Source: Nostoc sp. DedSLP01 (GTDB taxonomy: Bacteria; Cyanobacteriota; Cyanobacteriia; Cyanobacteriales; Nostocaceae). Taken from it: a DNA stretch of 64,000 nt. Positions 56,015 to 64,000 of the stretch are shown here, one piece after another. The translations under genes were made by a program, and so were the position numbers. The notes under the pieces are model-generated. The model made no database searches. It worked only from the letters and a program-made list of their open reading frames with translations, and was not told where the DNA came from. Positions within the stretch are counted from its first letter, which is position 1, and every line of letters begins with the position of its first letter. The stretch spans positions 32,001 through 96,000 of the forward strand of contig JAVRCJ020000003.1 in NCBI GenBank assembly GCA_034530875.2, in the 5' to 3' direction.

Positions 56015-56404
56015 ATGAGAAATAAACTATTGTTTGGCGCCATATTTATGGCAACTTGGGTAGGAACATTAATCCCGAGTGCTTTTGCGGCTTCACCTTG
56101 TTCTGTGGGACAAAAAGCAGAGGTTTTTTGGAAAGATACATGGTATGCAGCAACAGTCTTAGAAGTGAATGACGATCGCTGCTATATTACCTACGATGGT
56201 TATGATAGTTCTTGGGATGAATGGGTTGATTCTTCACGCTTTCGGGTATCTTTTGAAGTTGGAGACGCAGTACAAATTCTCTGGAAAGGTAAATGGTATG
56301 CAGGGAAAATTTTAGATGTGAGTGACAATCTTTATAAAATTACTTATGACGGTTATGATAGCTCTTGGGATGAGTGGGTTGAACCTGCACGAGTAAGTAG
56401 ATAG
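56015..56404 (+). CDS. Secreted protein with two Tudor/Agenet-like repeats
   Basis: Signal peptide ending AFA; two copies of W...WY.A.(V/I)L.V....Y.ITYDGYDSSWDEWV. Confidence 0.8.
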   Translation: MRNKLLFGAIFMATWVGTLIPSAFAASPCSVGQKAEVFWKDTWYAATVLEVNDDRCYITYDGYDSSWDEWVDSSRFRVSFEVGDAVQILWKGKWYAGKILDVSDNLYKITYDGYDSSWDEWVEPARVSR

Positions 56405-56427
56405 CTAATATTTTAGTTTTATAAGTT

Positions 56428-56463
56428 CAAAGGGACGATTTCATTTGTAGAAGTCGTCCCTTC
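56428..56463 (+). terminator. Probable intrinsic terminator
   Basis: AAGGGACGA...TCGTCCCTT hairpin followed by a T-tract. Confidence 0.55.
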
Positions 56464-56552
56464 AATTTTTTTATAATTTTTTCTATTATTACTTGTTTAG
56501 AGGCTGGTAGACTGAGAACCATAAATAAAATTCCGTATATTTTGGCGAATTT

Positions 56553-56930
56553 ATGGAGCCAGTATCACTAACAGCAGGTGCGATCGCAACCTTGGTCATC
56601 ATCAAAGCTTTTGAAAAAACTGGTGAAATCATCGGCGAAAAGGCTTGGCAGGAAGGTGAAAAGTTATTTTTACTCCTAAAGCGCAAACAACCCAATACGG
56701 CAAGTGCCATTGAACAGGCTCAAACACAACCTTTAAATTATGGTCAGGCTTATCTGATTGGACAGCAAGTAGAGGAAGCAGCAAAGAAAGATCCTGAAAT
56801 TGCTCAAGCGGTGGCAGCTGTAGCCAATGAGGCACAACCTCAACTGACGAACACTATTATTGAAAATTGGCAGGGGATAAACATTAAAGGTGGAACTAAT
56901 ACTATTTCTGGCAATACCTTTAACTTCTGA
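56553..56930 (+). CDS. Small helical Bell/HeLo-like protein with C-terminal N/G/T-rich amyloid-like motif
   Basis: MEPVSLTAGAIATL...GEKAW...DPEIA helical region; tail QGINIKGGTNTISGNTFNF. Confidence 0.6.
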   Translation: MEPVSLTAGAIATLVIIKAFEKTGEIIGEKAWQEGEKLFLLLKRKQPNTASAIEQAQTQPLNYGQAYLIGQQVEEAAKKDPEIAQAVAAVANEAQPQLTNTIIENWQGINIKGGTNTISGNTFNF

Positions 56931-56990
56931 CTACAGTCGCCCGAACAGGAACGGGTAAAGTCAAATCCTTCTACTGAAATACCGCAAAAT

Positions 56991-58703
56991 TTGCCCCTGA
57001 GTGGGGTGGTGGAATTTATCGGACGCGAAGAAGAATTGCAAAATCTCCACCAACTTTTGCAGGATAATAAACAAGTAGCTATAGCCGCTATTGCGGGGAT
57101 GGGTGGAGTTGGTAAAACAGAACTCGCCTTGCAATATGCCATCCAGCAACGCGAGACTTACAAAGGTGGGCTTTGCTGGTTGTTACCGAAAATTGGGGAT
57201 GTGGGCATTCAAGTTGTGCAGTTTGCCAGAACGCAGCTTGACTTAAACCCGCCAAAAGATTTTGATTTACTCGCTCAAGTGCAATACTGCTGGCGGCGTT
57301 GGCGTGGTGGTGAGGTGCTGCTAGTGTTGGATGATGTCAGCGACTACGAGGAAGTTAAGCCTTACTTCCAGTCGCTACCTTCTCGGTTTAAAGTGTTGAT
57401 GACTACGCGCCAGAAGTTGGGACGCATCGCACAGTTATCTTTGGATGTGCTGCAACCAGAGGCGGCGCTGGAGTTATTAAGGTCTTTACTCAAGGAAACA
57501 CCAGAGCGAATTGAGCGAGAATTAGCTTTAGCAAATCAGTTGTGTGAGTGGCTGGGATATTTGCCTTTGGGTGTGGAATTAGTGGGGCGCTATCTGGCGC
57601 GGAAACAGGATTTATCTCTAGCAGAAATGTTGCGACGGTTGCAGAACAAGCGATTAGATGAGCGTTCCCTGTCTAAATCTAAGTCGGAAGCCGACATGAC
57701 AGCACAACGAGGTGTGTTAGCAGCCTTTGAGTTGAGTTGGCAAGAATTAGAAGACGACGATAAGCAATTGGGTTGTTTATTGAGTTTATTTGCTGCTGCA
57801 CCCATACCTTGGAAGTTGGTGGAACAGTGTTTACCAGATGAAGATGCTGAAGATTTAGAAAAAATTAGAGATGATAGTCTGCTGACTTTGCATTTACTCC
57901 AGCGCAAAAGTAAGGGAGTTTACCAACTGCATCCACTGTTGCGGGAGTTTTTCCAATATAAGCTTACAGGTTTAGAACAGGCAGAGGAATTTAAGCGATC
58001 GCTTTGTCGAGTAATGGTAACAGTTGCTAAGAAGATTCCTCAAGACCCCACCCTTGAGCAAATTAAAGATTTCACCCTGGCAATACCTCATTTAGCAGAA
58101 GTAGCTAACAATCTTATTCAATATGTGAGTGATGATGATTTAATTTGGGCATTCGTTGGTAATGCTCGATTTTACAATGGTCAGGGATTGTATGACAAAG
58201 CAGCACCTTGGTTGAAGCAGTGTCTAGAAGTTATCAAAAAACGCTTGGGAGAAGAACATCCATCTGTCGCCACTAGCCTCAACAACCTAGCAGAACTCTA
58301 CCGTTCCCAAGGCAGATACAGCGAAGCCGAACCCCTTTACATCCAAGCTTTGGCACTTAAGCGCAAGCTGCTGGGAGAAGAACATCCAGATGTTGCACTT
58401 AGCCTCAACAACCTAGCAGCACTCTACGACTCCCAAGGCAGATATAGCGAAGCCGAACCCCTTTACATCCAAGCTTTGGCACTTAGGCGCAAGCTGCTGG
58501 GAGAAGAACATCCAGATGTTGCACTTAGCCTCAACAACCTAGCAGCACTCTACTACTCCCAAGGCAGATACAGCGAAGCTGAACCCCTTTACATCCAGGC
58601 GTTAGATATTTTTGAGCAACGGTTAGGTGCAAATCATCCTAATACTATTACTGTGCGTCAAAATTTAGCATATTTGCGCGATCGCCTCTCCTCAGAACAG
58701 TAA
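56991..58703 (+). CDS. NB-ARC (STAND) NTPase with TPR repeats (bacterial NLR-like); true start uncertain
   Basis: FIGREEEL, GMGGVGKT, LLVLDDV, MTTR, GYLPL and LHPLL motifs; 42-aa GEEHP..A.SLNNLA repeats. Confidence 0.92.
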   Translation: MPLSGVVEFIGREEELQNLHQLLQDNKQVAIAAIAGMGGVGKTELALQYAIQQRETYKGGLCWLLPKIGDVGIQVVQFARTQLDLNPPKDFDLLAQVQYCWRRWRGGEVLLVLDDVSDYEEVKPYFQSLPSRFKVLMTTRQKLGRIAQLSLDVLQPEAALELLRSLLKETPERIERELALANQLCEWLGYLPLGVELVGRYLARKQDLSLAEMLRRLQNKRLDERSLSKSKSEADMTAQRGVLAAFELSWQELEDDDKQLGCLLSLFAAAPIPWKLVEQCLPDEDAEDLEKIRDDSLLTLHLLQRKSKGVYQLHPLLREFFQYKLTGLEQAEEFKRSLCRVMVTVAKKIPQDPTLEQIKDFTLAIPHLAEVANNLIQYVSDDDLIWAFVGNARFYNGQGLYDKAAPWLKQCLEVIKKRLGEEHPSVATSLNNLAELYRSQGRYSEAEPLYIQALALKRKLLGEEHPDVALSLNNLAALYDSQGRYSEAEPLYIQALALRRKLLGEEHPDVALSLNNLAALYYSQGRYSEAEPLYIQALDIFEQRLGANHPNTITVRQNLAYLRDRLSSEQ

Positions 58704-58767
58704 AATTTAAGTTCTCAACTTCATCAATCAAGGTTTTTTCTCCAACGTTCGTGTTTTGAACTCAAAG

Positions 58768-58950
58768 TTTCCTGTTCCAAACGAGAACGTTCCCGTTTCA
58801 AGTGAGAATGTTCTTGTTCTAAACGAGAACATTCCTGTTTCAAGTGAGAATTTTCTTGTTCTAAACGAGAACGTTCCTGTTTCAAGTAAGAATGTTCTTG
58901 TTTCAAACGAGAACGTTTCTGTTTCAAGTGACAACGTTTCAGTTTCGAGC
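58768..58950. repeat. 21-bp tandem repeat array, about 9 units, alternating two variants
   Basis: Units such as GTTCCTGTTTCAAGTGAGAAT and GTTCTTGTTCTAAACGAGAAC. Confidence 0.9.
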
Positions 58951-59025
58951 TAGTCGTTTCGCGTTCTGACGTGGAATGATGGTGTTGTAAAGGCGATCGC
59001 TCTACTTTAAAGTGTAAATCAACTG

Positions 59026-59054
59026 GCGATGTCTCTGACGGGCTACGCCTACGC
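59026..59054 (+). mobile_element. 21-nt small dispersed repeat inserted in a HIP1 site (second copy inverted at 59894-59922)
   Basis: GCGAT[GTCTCTGACGGGCTACGCCTA]CGC. Confidence 0.7.
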
Positions 59055-59148
59055 TTTGATGTGATTATGAATAATGGAAAGCGTAGACGCATAGCGGCTT
59101 GTCGTCAGACATCGCTTTTCTTGAGATAAAGTTGTAAAAAAAAGCTAT

Positions 59149-59589
59149 ATGACCAGGGTTTATCTAGATACCAGTATTTATAATCGTCCGTTCGATGACC
59201 AAACACAGCCAAAAATATTTCTAGAAACACAAGCTATTATCATAATTTTACAAATGGTGGAGGCCAGATTAATAGAATTAGTTAGTTCTTCAGTTCTAGA
59301 ATATGAAAATAGTCGTAACCCTTTTGTGGTAAATCAGCAATCGATGGAGCGATATTTACAAATAGCTGTCTTGAAAGTATTAGTAGATGAAAATATTAGA
59401 GGTAGAGCAGAAGAACTAGAGCAACAAGGAATTAAACCTATCGATGCACTTCATGTAGCGTGTGCAGAAGCTTCCCAAAGTAATTATTTTATTACTTGCG
59501 ATCGCAGATTAATCAACCGCTGCCAAGATTTATCACTTTTGGTAATCAACCCAACTAATTTTATTCTAGAGGTAGACAATGGAAATTAA
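59149..59589 (+). CDS. PIN-domain (VapC-like) toxin
   Basis: VYLDTS, DALHVACA and FITCD motifs. Confidence 0.88.
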   Translation: MTRVYLDTSIYNRPFDDQTQPKIFLETQAIIIILQMVEARLIELVSSSVLEYENSRNPFVVNQQSMERYLQIAVLKVLVDENIRGRAEELEQQGIKPIDALHVACAEASQSNYFITCDRRLINRCQDLSLLVINPTNFILEVDNGN

Positions 59590-59803
59590 AGTGATTAACG
59601 AACAAGAAAATTTACAAGAAGTTATGCAGGTTTTACTCACTCATTTAGAACCATCGAAGGTAATGAAATTTTGGGCTGCTTGTAAACTTAGTGAAGGCGA
59701 CTATTTGCAAGTTAAAGAAAAACTATTTGCTCAAGAAACAGTTAGCAGCTTATATGCCAAAATCAAAGAATATCAAGATGATAGTAAACGCGAAGTCTCT
59801 TGA
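59579..59803 (+). CDS. Putative antitoxin overlapping the PIN gene
   Basis: 74 aa, overlaps the toxin 3' end, GDY motif. Confidence 0.6.
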   Translation: MEIKVINEQENLQEVMQVLLTHLEPSKVMKFWAACKLSEGDYLQVKEKLFAQETVSSLYAKIKEYQDDSKREVS

Positions 59804-60007
59804 CTCGCCCATGCAGCGTCTACGCTCTATTTTAAAGGGTAAATCAACTGGCGATCGCTCTTAGATTATAGATAAAAAATATAAACGCGATGTGCGTAGG
59901 CGTAGCCCGTCGTAGACATCGCTTATCTATTACACATCTGGTAAAACGAATGTAGAGACGTAGCAGTGCTACGTCTCTACAATATTTGTCTATAACGCAT
60001 TCAAATT

Positions 60008-60586
60008 ATGATAGCCTCCCCCAAACAAAACTACCTTACCCCTGAAGAATACCTCCAACTGGAGGAACAAAATTCTGTTAAACATGAATACATCAACGGC
60101 TACATCTATGCAATGGCTGGCGCACTCGATCCACACGTTACCATTGCTGGAAACCTGTTTGCTCTCCTCCGCGATCGTGTGCGCGGTTCTGGTTGTCGTG
60201 TGTACATCGCCGATATGAAAGCCCGAATTGAATCTCTAAATCGCTTTTATTATCCCGATGTCATGGTTACTTGCGACTCACGAGACCAAGAAACACCAGC
60301 GTATAAAAGATTTCCTTGTTTAATTGTCGAAGTTTTATCCAATTCTACCGAAGCCTTTGACCGAGGCGACAAGTTCGCTGATTATCAAGCACTGGAAAGT
60401 CTGCAAGAGTATGTTTTAATTAATACAAAACGTCAGCGAGTTGAGTGTTTTCGCCGCAACGATGAGGGATTGTGGGTTTTGCAATCTTACACAGCAGAAG
60501 ATAAATCATTTCGGCTCAACAGTATCGATTTTCAAGAAACAATGACAGCACTCTACGAAGATGTGGTTTTTGAACGATCGCAATGA
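60008..60586 (+). CDS. Uma2 (DUF820) family endonuclease
   Basis: HEYING, YPDVMV and IVEVLS.ST...DRGDK motifs. Confidence 0.92.
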   Translation: MIASPKQNYLTPEEYLQLEEQNSVKHEYINGYIYAMAGALDPHVTIAGNLFALLRDRVRGSGCRVYIADMKARIESLNRFYYPDVMVTCDSRDQETPAYKRFPCLIVEVLSNSTEAFDRGDKFADYQALESLQEYVLINTKRQRVECFRRNDEGLWVLQSYTAEDKSFRLNSIDFQETMTALYEDVVFERSQ

Positions 60587-60700
60587 TGATTGGGTATGCT
60601 ACACAATGTTTAGTAAACTAAATATCTATTAAAAGCTTTAAGGCTTCCTAACCCGGCGGAGGCATTGAGCAAAACGGACACAATTAATTGACTCAAAGTT

Positions 60701-62548
60701 ATGGCGCTCATAGTTCAGAAATACGGTGGTACATCTGTCGGTTCAGTTGAACGCATTCAAGCTGTTGCACAGCGCGTTTACAAAACTGTCAAAGCTGGAA
60801 ACTCTGTGGTTGTAGTGGTTTCGGCAATGGGCAAAACCACTGATGGACTCGTCAAGCTAGCCAATGAGATTTCGCCAAATCCTAACCGCCGGGAAATGGA
60901 TATGCTGCTTTCCACCGGCGAACAAGTAACTATTGCTTTACTCAGTATGGCGTTGCAGGAACTCGGACAACCAGCAATTTCCATGACTGGCGCTCAGGTA
61001 GGAATTGTTACCGAAGCCGAATACACCCGCGCTCGCATTTTACATATTGAAACCACTCGCTTAACTCGCCACATAGAAGCAGGTAAAGTAGTCGTTGTAG
61101 CTGGTTTTCAAGGTATCGCTAGCACTGATGCCTTAGAAATTACCACTTTAGGGCGCGGCGGTTCTGACACTTCCGCAGTCGCACTCGCAGCAGCATTACA
61201 AGCTAATTTTTGTGAAATTTATACAGATGTTCCCGGTATTTTAACTACAGACCCGCGCTTAGTTCCCGAAGCTCAGTTGATGGATGCCATCACCTGCAAT
61301 GAAATGCTAGAACTAGCGAGTTTGGGAGCAAAAGTCTTGCATCCCCGCGCAGTGGAAATTGCTCGTAATTATGGCGTTCCCCTGGTAGTGAAATCGAGCT
61401 GGACAGATGACCTAGGTACTTGGGTAACATCAGCTAAACCCAAAGGGCGATCGCTCGTCAACCTCGAAATCGCCCGCCCAGTTGACCATGTAGAATTTGA
61501 CACCGACCAAGCAAGGGTTGCTTTGTTGCGCGTGCCAGACAAACCAGGTGTAGCAGCAAGTTTGTTTGGCGAAATTGCCCGCCAAAAAGTAGACGTAGAT
61601 TTAATTATTCAGTCAATTCACGAAGGTAATAGTAATGACATCGCCTTTACTGTCACTACACCAATTTTAAAACGAGCCGAAGCAGTAGCAGCAGCGATCG
61701 CTCCAGCCTTGAGGAGCAAATCTAACCCCAAATCTGACGAAGCCGAGGTAATGATAGAGCATAACATTGCCAAAGTCAGCATCGCAGGTGCAGGGATGAT
61801 TGGGCGCCCTGGTGTAGCTGCCAAGATGTTCGCCACCTTAGCCGAAGCTGGCGTCAATATACAGATGATTTCCACCAGCGAAGTCAAAGTTAGCTGCGTA
61901 GTAAATGCAGCCGAATGCGATCGCGCCGTTACTGCGCTACGTAGCGCCTTTGAAATTGAAGCAGAGGAGCAGGGGAGCATGGGAGCAGAGGAGAGTTCAT
62001 CCCCTCTGCCCCTCCGCCCCTCTGCCCCTGTAGCCAGTTTTCCTCCCGTCCGTGGCGTCGCTTTGGACTTAAACCAAGCGCGTCTTGCGATTCGCCAATT
62101 ACCAGATCGTCCAGGGATGGCGGCGAAGTTGTTTGGATTATTAGCGCAACATAACATTAGCGTTGATATGATTATCCAATCTCAGCGTTGCCGGGTAGTT
62201 GATGGCGTTCCTAGACGGGATATTGCCTTTACAGTCTCGCGGATGGATGCGGAAAATGCCAAACAGCTGCTTACCCAAGTAGCAGCAGAATTAGGATGGG
62301 GTGAAGTTGTTTTAGATAATGCGATCGCCAAAGTGAGTATTGTCGGTGCAGGTATGGTAGGACAACCAGGTGTTGCCGCTAAAATGTTTGAAGCATTAGC
62401 CCAACAAAAAATCAATATTCAAATGATTGCCACCTCAGAAATTAAAATTAGCTGTGTTGTAGCACAAGAACAAGGTGTTAAAGCTTTACAAGCTATTCAT
62501 AGCGCCTTTGGGCTAGCTGGTAGTGAAAAATTTGTAGTACCAGCGTAA
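60701..62548 (+). CDS. lysC: Aspartate kinase with four ACT domains
   Basis: VQKYGGTSV, TLGRGGSDT and repeated ACT domains. Confidence 0.95.
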   Translation: MALIVQKYGGTSVGSVERIQAVAQRVYKTVKAGNSVVVVVSAMGKTTDGLVKLANEISPNPNRREMDMLLSTGEQVTIALLSMALQELGQPAISMTGAQVGIVTEAEYTRARILHIETTRLTRHIEAGKVVVVAGFQGIASTDALEITTLGRGGSDTSAVALAAALQANFCEIYTDVPGILTTDPRLVPEAQLMDAITCNEMLELASLGAKVLHPRAVEIARNYGVPLVVKSSWTDDLGTWVTSAKPKGRSLVNLEIARPVDHVEFDTDQARVALLRVPDKPGVAASLFGEIARQKVDVDLIIQSIHEGNSNDIAFTVTTPILKRAEAVAAAIAPALRSKSNPKSDEAEVMIEHNIAKVSIAGAGMIGRPGVAAKMFATLAEAGVNIQMISTSEVKVSCVVNAAECDRAVTALRSAFEIEAEEQGSMGAEESSSPLPLRPSAPVASFPPVRGVALDLNQARLAIRQLPDRPGMAAKLFGLLAQHNISVDMIIQSQRCRVVDGVPRRDIAFTVSRMDAENAKQLLTQVAAELGWGEVVLDNAIAKVSIVGAGMVGQPGVAAKMFEALAQQKINIQMIATSEIKISCVVAQEQGVKALQAIHSAFGLAGSEKFVVPA

Positions 62549-62560
62549 GGCAATAATTTT

Positions 62561-62610
62561 GTAATTCGTAATTCGTAATTCGTAATTAAAAATTTTTAAT
62601 TACGAATTAA
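62561..62610. repeat. STRR (AATTCGT)n with inverted copy between convergent genes
   Basis: GTAATTCGTAATTCGTAATTCGTAATT...AATTACGAATT. Confidence 0.8.
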
Positions 62611-62628
62611 ATAATTAATTGATTAAGT

Positions 62629-63507
62629 CTATCTATTGCCGGGATGCCATTTTTCCATCATGGTTATTATTTCAGAAATTTGCCGATCGCCACACCAAAC
62701 TAAATCAAGTTTTTTGAGTTGTTCGAGGCTGATACCGCCATCTTCGTCAGCAATTCGATAATATTCTGTATCTTCCATTGCTGCTAATAAATGTTGAAAG
62801 ATAATCGTCTCATCAAACTGAGGATTTTCCTCTGGATCGTTGAGGATTAGCATTGCTCGTTCTTGCGGTAATTCTTGCAGAGTAGTAAAAATAAACCGTG
62901 TGGGAAAGTCTACATCTTGCAATTCAGGATGACGCGAGACTAACCCAGCTACTAGCACTCCCAAGTAAGCAGCTGCTTGAGAATTACTCAATACCTGCAT
63001 CTGTTGGATAGCAATCTTGGTCAAATTACTAAAAAATGCACACCCTAACTGCTGTTCGATAGCAATAATTCGATCTTCGACTAGTAAAGGTTCTACTTGT
63101 GCTGCAAATAAAGCCTGACGTTCCTGTGGCACATGACGCTGTAAAATTTGCTTGGCGCGATCGCTTACAAGGAGTCTGCCATCAGATCCAAAGCTAAAGT
63201 CTTTGCCTGGTTCCAAACCTTCACCCAAAAGGATTTGAAAAACATTCGTTTGGGCTTTTCCTTGCATCTGTTCGTATTGTGCTTGCCCAAGAAAAATTTG
63301 GCAAAACCAACGGTGGCTCTCAGAGTCACACTCGAGCATTACCTCGTTAACAATCAAATTAGTTAACTTTTCTGCTCCCACAACTCTTTGCCAATGTACA
63401 ATCAGGCTACTAATAGCATCAATGTCACGACGACTCAGCGCGTTGAGCAATTGGCGCTTTGCAGTAGCTAGTCGATCTTTGTTTTGCCTAAATCTCTTGA
63501 TTTTCAA
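62629..63507 (-). CDS. Hypothetical protein
   Basis: 292-aa ORF with no recognised motif. Confidence 0.65.
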   Translation of the reverse strand: MKIKRFRQNKDRLATAKRQLLNALSRRDIDAISSLIVHWQRVVGAEKLTNLIVNEVMLECDSESHRWFCQIFLGQAQYEQMQGKAQTNVFQILLGEGLEPGKDFSFGSDGRLLVSDRAKQILQRHVPQERQALFAAQVEPLLVEDRIIAIEQQLGCAFFSNLTKIAIQQMQVLSNSQAAAYLGVLVAGLVSRHPELQDVDFPTRFIFTTLQELPQERAMLILNDPEENPQFDETIIFQHLLAAMEDTEYYRIADEDGGISLEQLKKLDLVWCGDRQISEIITMMEKWHPGNR

Positions 63508-63870
63508 GCTTCTAGATGAGGTTATATTTCACCAATGCGCTATTTTTTAGCGCATTTCGGGATCGGCTGTCATGGGTGAGATTGCTGAAGAATAAAGATT
63601 AAAAGAACCAGTTAATACACTCACTTTTCGCTTATAGTCTCTTTTGATGCAAAAATATTACTTAAATCTGGTAGTATTTAACCGTATAAATTCAGTAACA
63701 TTTTGCTAAAAAAGAAAAATACTAGTAGCAATATTAGTATTGGTTAATCAATCAAATTTTATATATACAAGTTTTGGGTTCGTTATTTTCTTTTACAAAG
63801 GTTTTTTATTTTAAAATAACCAGTAATAATACGTATACTAAAATCAAATAAAATATGAAAATTGATATTA

Positions 63871-64000
63871 ATGAATAGTCATTTTCTAGATGGACGCTAC
63901 CGAATAATAAAAGTTCTAAATGATGGGGGAAAGGCAAAAACCTATCTAGCGGAAGATGCCAATTATACTACTAATCAATATACAGTCAAGCAGCTACATA
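63871..64000 (+). CDS. Ser/Thr protein kinase-like N-terminus, partial
   Basis: Manual translation MNSHFLDGRYRIIKVLNDGGKAKTYLAED...VKQL; degenerate Gly-loop. Confidence 0.65.
   Translation, partial: MNSHFLDGRYRIIKVLNDGGKAKTYLAEDANYTTNQYTVKQLH

Noticed and set aside
56928..56990. Selenocysteine recoding of the in-frame TGA
   Set aside because: No convincing bacterial SECIS hairpin by eye, and the position is a linker rather than a catalytic Cys site.
58768..58950. Possible CRISPR array
   Set aside because: Units are contiguous with no unique spacers, and there are no cas genes in the window.

Overview
AT-rich DNA from a heterocyst-forming cyanobacterium (Nostoc/Calothrix-like), judged from frequent HIP1 octamers (GCGATCGC), heptamer STRR arrays and gene content. 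About 5.4-32 kb, directly downstream of thrS, is one co-oriented biosynthetic gene cluster. It encodes an AraC response regulator, FAAL, ACP, a CylC-type dimetal halogenase, one complete PKS module and a catalytically degenerate KS0-AT0-ACP module. These are followed by a TubC_N/class II aldolase-like protein, SDR, two glycosyltransferases, GMC oxidoreductase, UDP-galactopyranose mutase, an MFS exporter and a CylK/BrtB-like beta-propeller protein. The predicted product is a chlorinated glycolipid, reminiscent of the nostochloroside pathway. The rest holds housekeeping genes (ruvC, yvcK-like, tsaE, actP, lysC), an IS5-family element beside a decayed toxin-antitoxin pair, and a split MprF system with two esterases. 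The most novel signal is at 56.5-58.7 kb: a small Bell/HeLo-like gene ending in an amyloid-like motif is in frame with an NB-ARC-TPR gene and separated from it only by a single TGA (context TGA-CTA), suggesting stop-codon readthrough. All family calls come from motif recognition by eye; no searches were run.
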